Source: Nitrospirota bacterium (GTDB lineage: Bacteria; Nitrospirota; Nitrospiria; Nitrospirales; NS-4). From it: a stretch of 64,000 nucleotides of DNA. Under the pieces are notes generated by a model. The model had not been told where the DNA came from. It was given only the letters and a program-made list of their open reading frames with translations, and ran no database searches. A program made the position numbers and the translations under genes. Below, one piece after another: positions 62,340-64,000 of the stretch. Where the stretch lies: assembly GCA_963788195.1 (NCBI GenBank), contig CAWBGA010000005.1, positions 64,001 to 128,000 on the forward strand, given 5' to 3'. Each line of letters begins with the position of its first letter. Within the stretch, counting starts at the first letter, position 1.

Positions 62340-62781
62340 ATGAATCAGAACCTCATGCGGCTGGTGGTATTCAGCCTTGTCCTGGCTCTCAGTCTGAATC
62401 CTTTGGCATTCGCGGCTGAGGGAGAAGCTGGTGGAAAGCACGGCGGGTGATGACGTTGGCATCGGGGTCGCGAGCTTTTTGGTTTCCATCCCTTACTTTG
62501 TGGCAAAAAGCGTAACCGCACTATTGGGAGGCATTGTGGGAGGGTTCACCTACCTCCTCTCCGGGTTTAATAAAAATGCAGCCGATCAGGTTTGGTACAC
62601 GACCATTCCGGGAGATTACATCATTACCCCCGATCATCTAAGAGGCAAACGAGACATCCGGTTCACCGGTGTTCCCCCAGAGCAGCGTTCACCAGAGAGT
62701 CGCACTATGGAGAGTCGCACCCCGGACGATCGCCTCCCGGAGGATCGCGTACCAGAGACCCGCGCCCCGGAGGCTCGCTGA
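62340..62781 (+). CDS. Secreted/membrane protein with C-terminal pentapeptide repeats, frameshifted
   Basis: Signal peptide from ATG 62340, body in the 62431 frame, R-x-P-E/D-x repeats at the end. Confidence 0.55.
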
Positions 62782-62809
62782 GGGGATGGACCTTGCGTGA
62801 GCCTCCTGG

Positions 62810-63583
62810 ATGCCTAAGCCCCTGATCGGCATCGCTCCAGATTTTAATCCCGCTTCCGATCGTAAAGGAGGGGAGCGCGAGGCCATACTTTTTATTAAAA
62901 ACCGGTATGTCGCCGCGGTGGAGGCCGCCGGCGGTATCCCGGTGATCCTTCCGATTATTAATAATCCCGCGCTGTGTGCCGCATTATTAAAAAGCCTTGA
63001 CGGCCTGCTTTTGACAGGTAGCGGTCCGGACATCGATCCCCGGCGTTATGGCGAACGCCAGCGTTTCACGTTCAAGGTGATGAGCCCCGAACGCACCCAG
63101 TCGGAATATGCCCTCGTCCTCCAGGCCCGCAAGCGTGATTTACCGGTATTGGGAATCTGCGGAGGCATGCAATTGATGACCGTAGCTCTTGGAGGGACGC
63201 TGATCCAGGATATTGACAAGCAGGTGGAGGACTCTTTGCAGCATCGCATGACCGGGCCGGCCACCGGGGTCTGCCATGGGGTGCGGATCGCGCGAGGAAG
63301 CCGCCTCAGTGAAATCCTTGGACGTGAGGTGTTTCAGGTCAATAGCTCACACCATCAAGCCGTAAAGACTGTCCCCAGGACGTTGAAGGTCAGTGCCTCC
63401 GCTTCGGACGGCGTCATTGAGGCCGTGGAGGACCCAAGCAGGCGGTTCTTTCTAGGCGTTCAGTGGCATCCTGAATATCTGTACCGGCGATACCCAGCCC
63501 ATGCGGCTATCTTCGGCGCTCTCGTCTCCGCAGCGCGTCACTCGCGAGCCCTCCCAGCCACACATTCAAGGGCGCGCGCCTGA
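62810..63583 (+). CDS. Gamma-glutamyl-GABA hydrolase family (peptidase C26)
   Basis: LDGLLLTG, GICGGMQ, VNSSHHQ, GVQWHPE. Confidence 0.88.
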   Translation: MPKPLIGIAPDFNPASDRKGGEREAILFIKNRYVAAVEAAGGIPVILPIINNPALCAALLKSLDGLLLTGSGPDIDPRRYGERQRFTFKVMSPERTQSEYALVLQARKRDLPVLGICGGMQLMTVALGGTLIQDIDKQVEDSLQHRMTGPATGVCHGVRIARGSRLSEILGREVFQVNSSHHQAVKTVPRTLKVSASASDGVIEAVEDPSRRFFLGVQWHPEYLYRRYPAHAAIFGALVSAARHSRALPATHSRARA

Positions 63584-63585
63584 CG

Positions 63586-64000
63586 ATGCATCAGGCGTTT
63601 CGGACCAAGTCCTGTGATCGAATTCTCAGTGATTGCGAAGCTCAGCCGCACAAGTTAAAACGGACGCTCACGGCCTTCGACCTGACGGCCCTCGGCATCG
63701 GGGCGATTATCGGGACTGGCATCTTTGTGTTGGTCGGCACCGCGGCAGTCGGCGCCGAAGGCCGCCCCGGCGCGGGGCCTGGCTTAGTGCTCTCATTTAT
63801 CCTATCTGGAACTGCCTGTGCGCTGGCGGCTCTCTGTTACGCCGAGTTCGCTTCGATGATCCCCGTCGCGGGTTCGGCCTATACCTATTCCTACGCCAGC
63901 CTCGGCGAGTTTCTCGCGTGGATTACGGGATGGAACCTCATATTGGAATACGGCGTAGCGTGTGTCGCCGTGTCGATCGGTTGGTCGGGGTATTTGGCGA
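63586..64000 (+). CDS. Amino acid permease (APC family), truncated by window end
   Basis: LKRTLTAFDLTALGIGAIIGTGIFVL, LCYAEFAS, GSAYTYSY. Confidence 0.9.
   Translation, partial: MHQAFRTKSCDRILSDCEAQPHKLKRTLTAFDLTALGIGAIIGTGIFVLVGTAAVGAEGRPGAGPGLVLSFILSGTACALAALCYAEFASMIPVAGSAYTYSYASLGEFLAWITGWNLILEYGVACVAVSIGWSGYLA

Overview
Bacterial chromosome segment, moderately GC-rich. Gene content and small-protein families look Nitrospira/Nitrospirota-like (inference, not verified). The first ~31 kb is an accessory patchwork: a PP2C phosphatase, a Macro-like/NDT fusion, a fatty-acid desaturase, a VOC/hydrolase/OYE operon, a di-haem protein, a REC-GAF-GGDEF cyclase, an orphan ZorA/ZorB-like pair, BrnTA, an ABC-F ATPase, Hsp20 and many small secreted proteins. 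The rest is more core-like: a histidine-phosphatase/PFK fusion, an NtrC-type regulator, a LigD polymerase domain, tRNA-Leu-tig-clpP-clpX, mtgA, sugE, dinB, tatA and a permease. Many genes, including tig, carry single-base frameshifts that most likely reflect uncorrected long-read indels. The most striking non-genic signal is a dispersed, modular, nested hairpin-repeat system of about 10 clusters. Its stems differ completely in sequence while keeping pairing, a near-fixed loop (TYYYGG) and fixed flanks. One module is found both inserted into and absent from other modules, and one cluster lies in-frame inside a gene. No transposase, integrase, CRISPR array or rRNA is visible.
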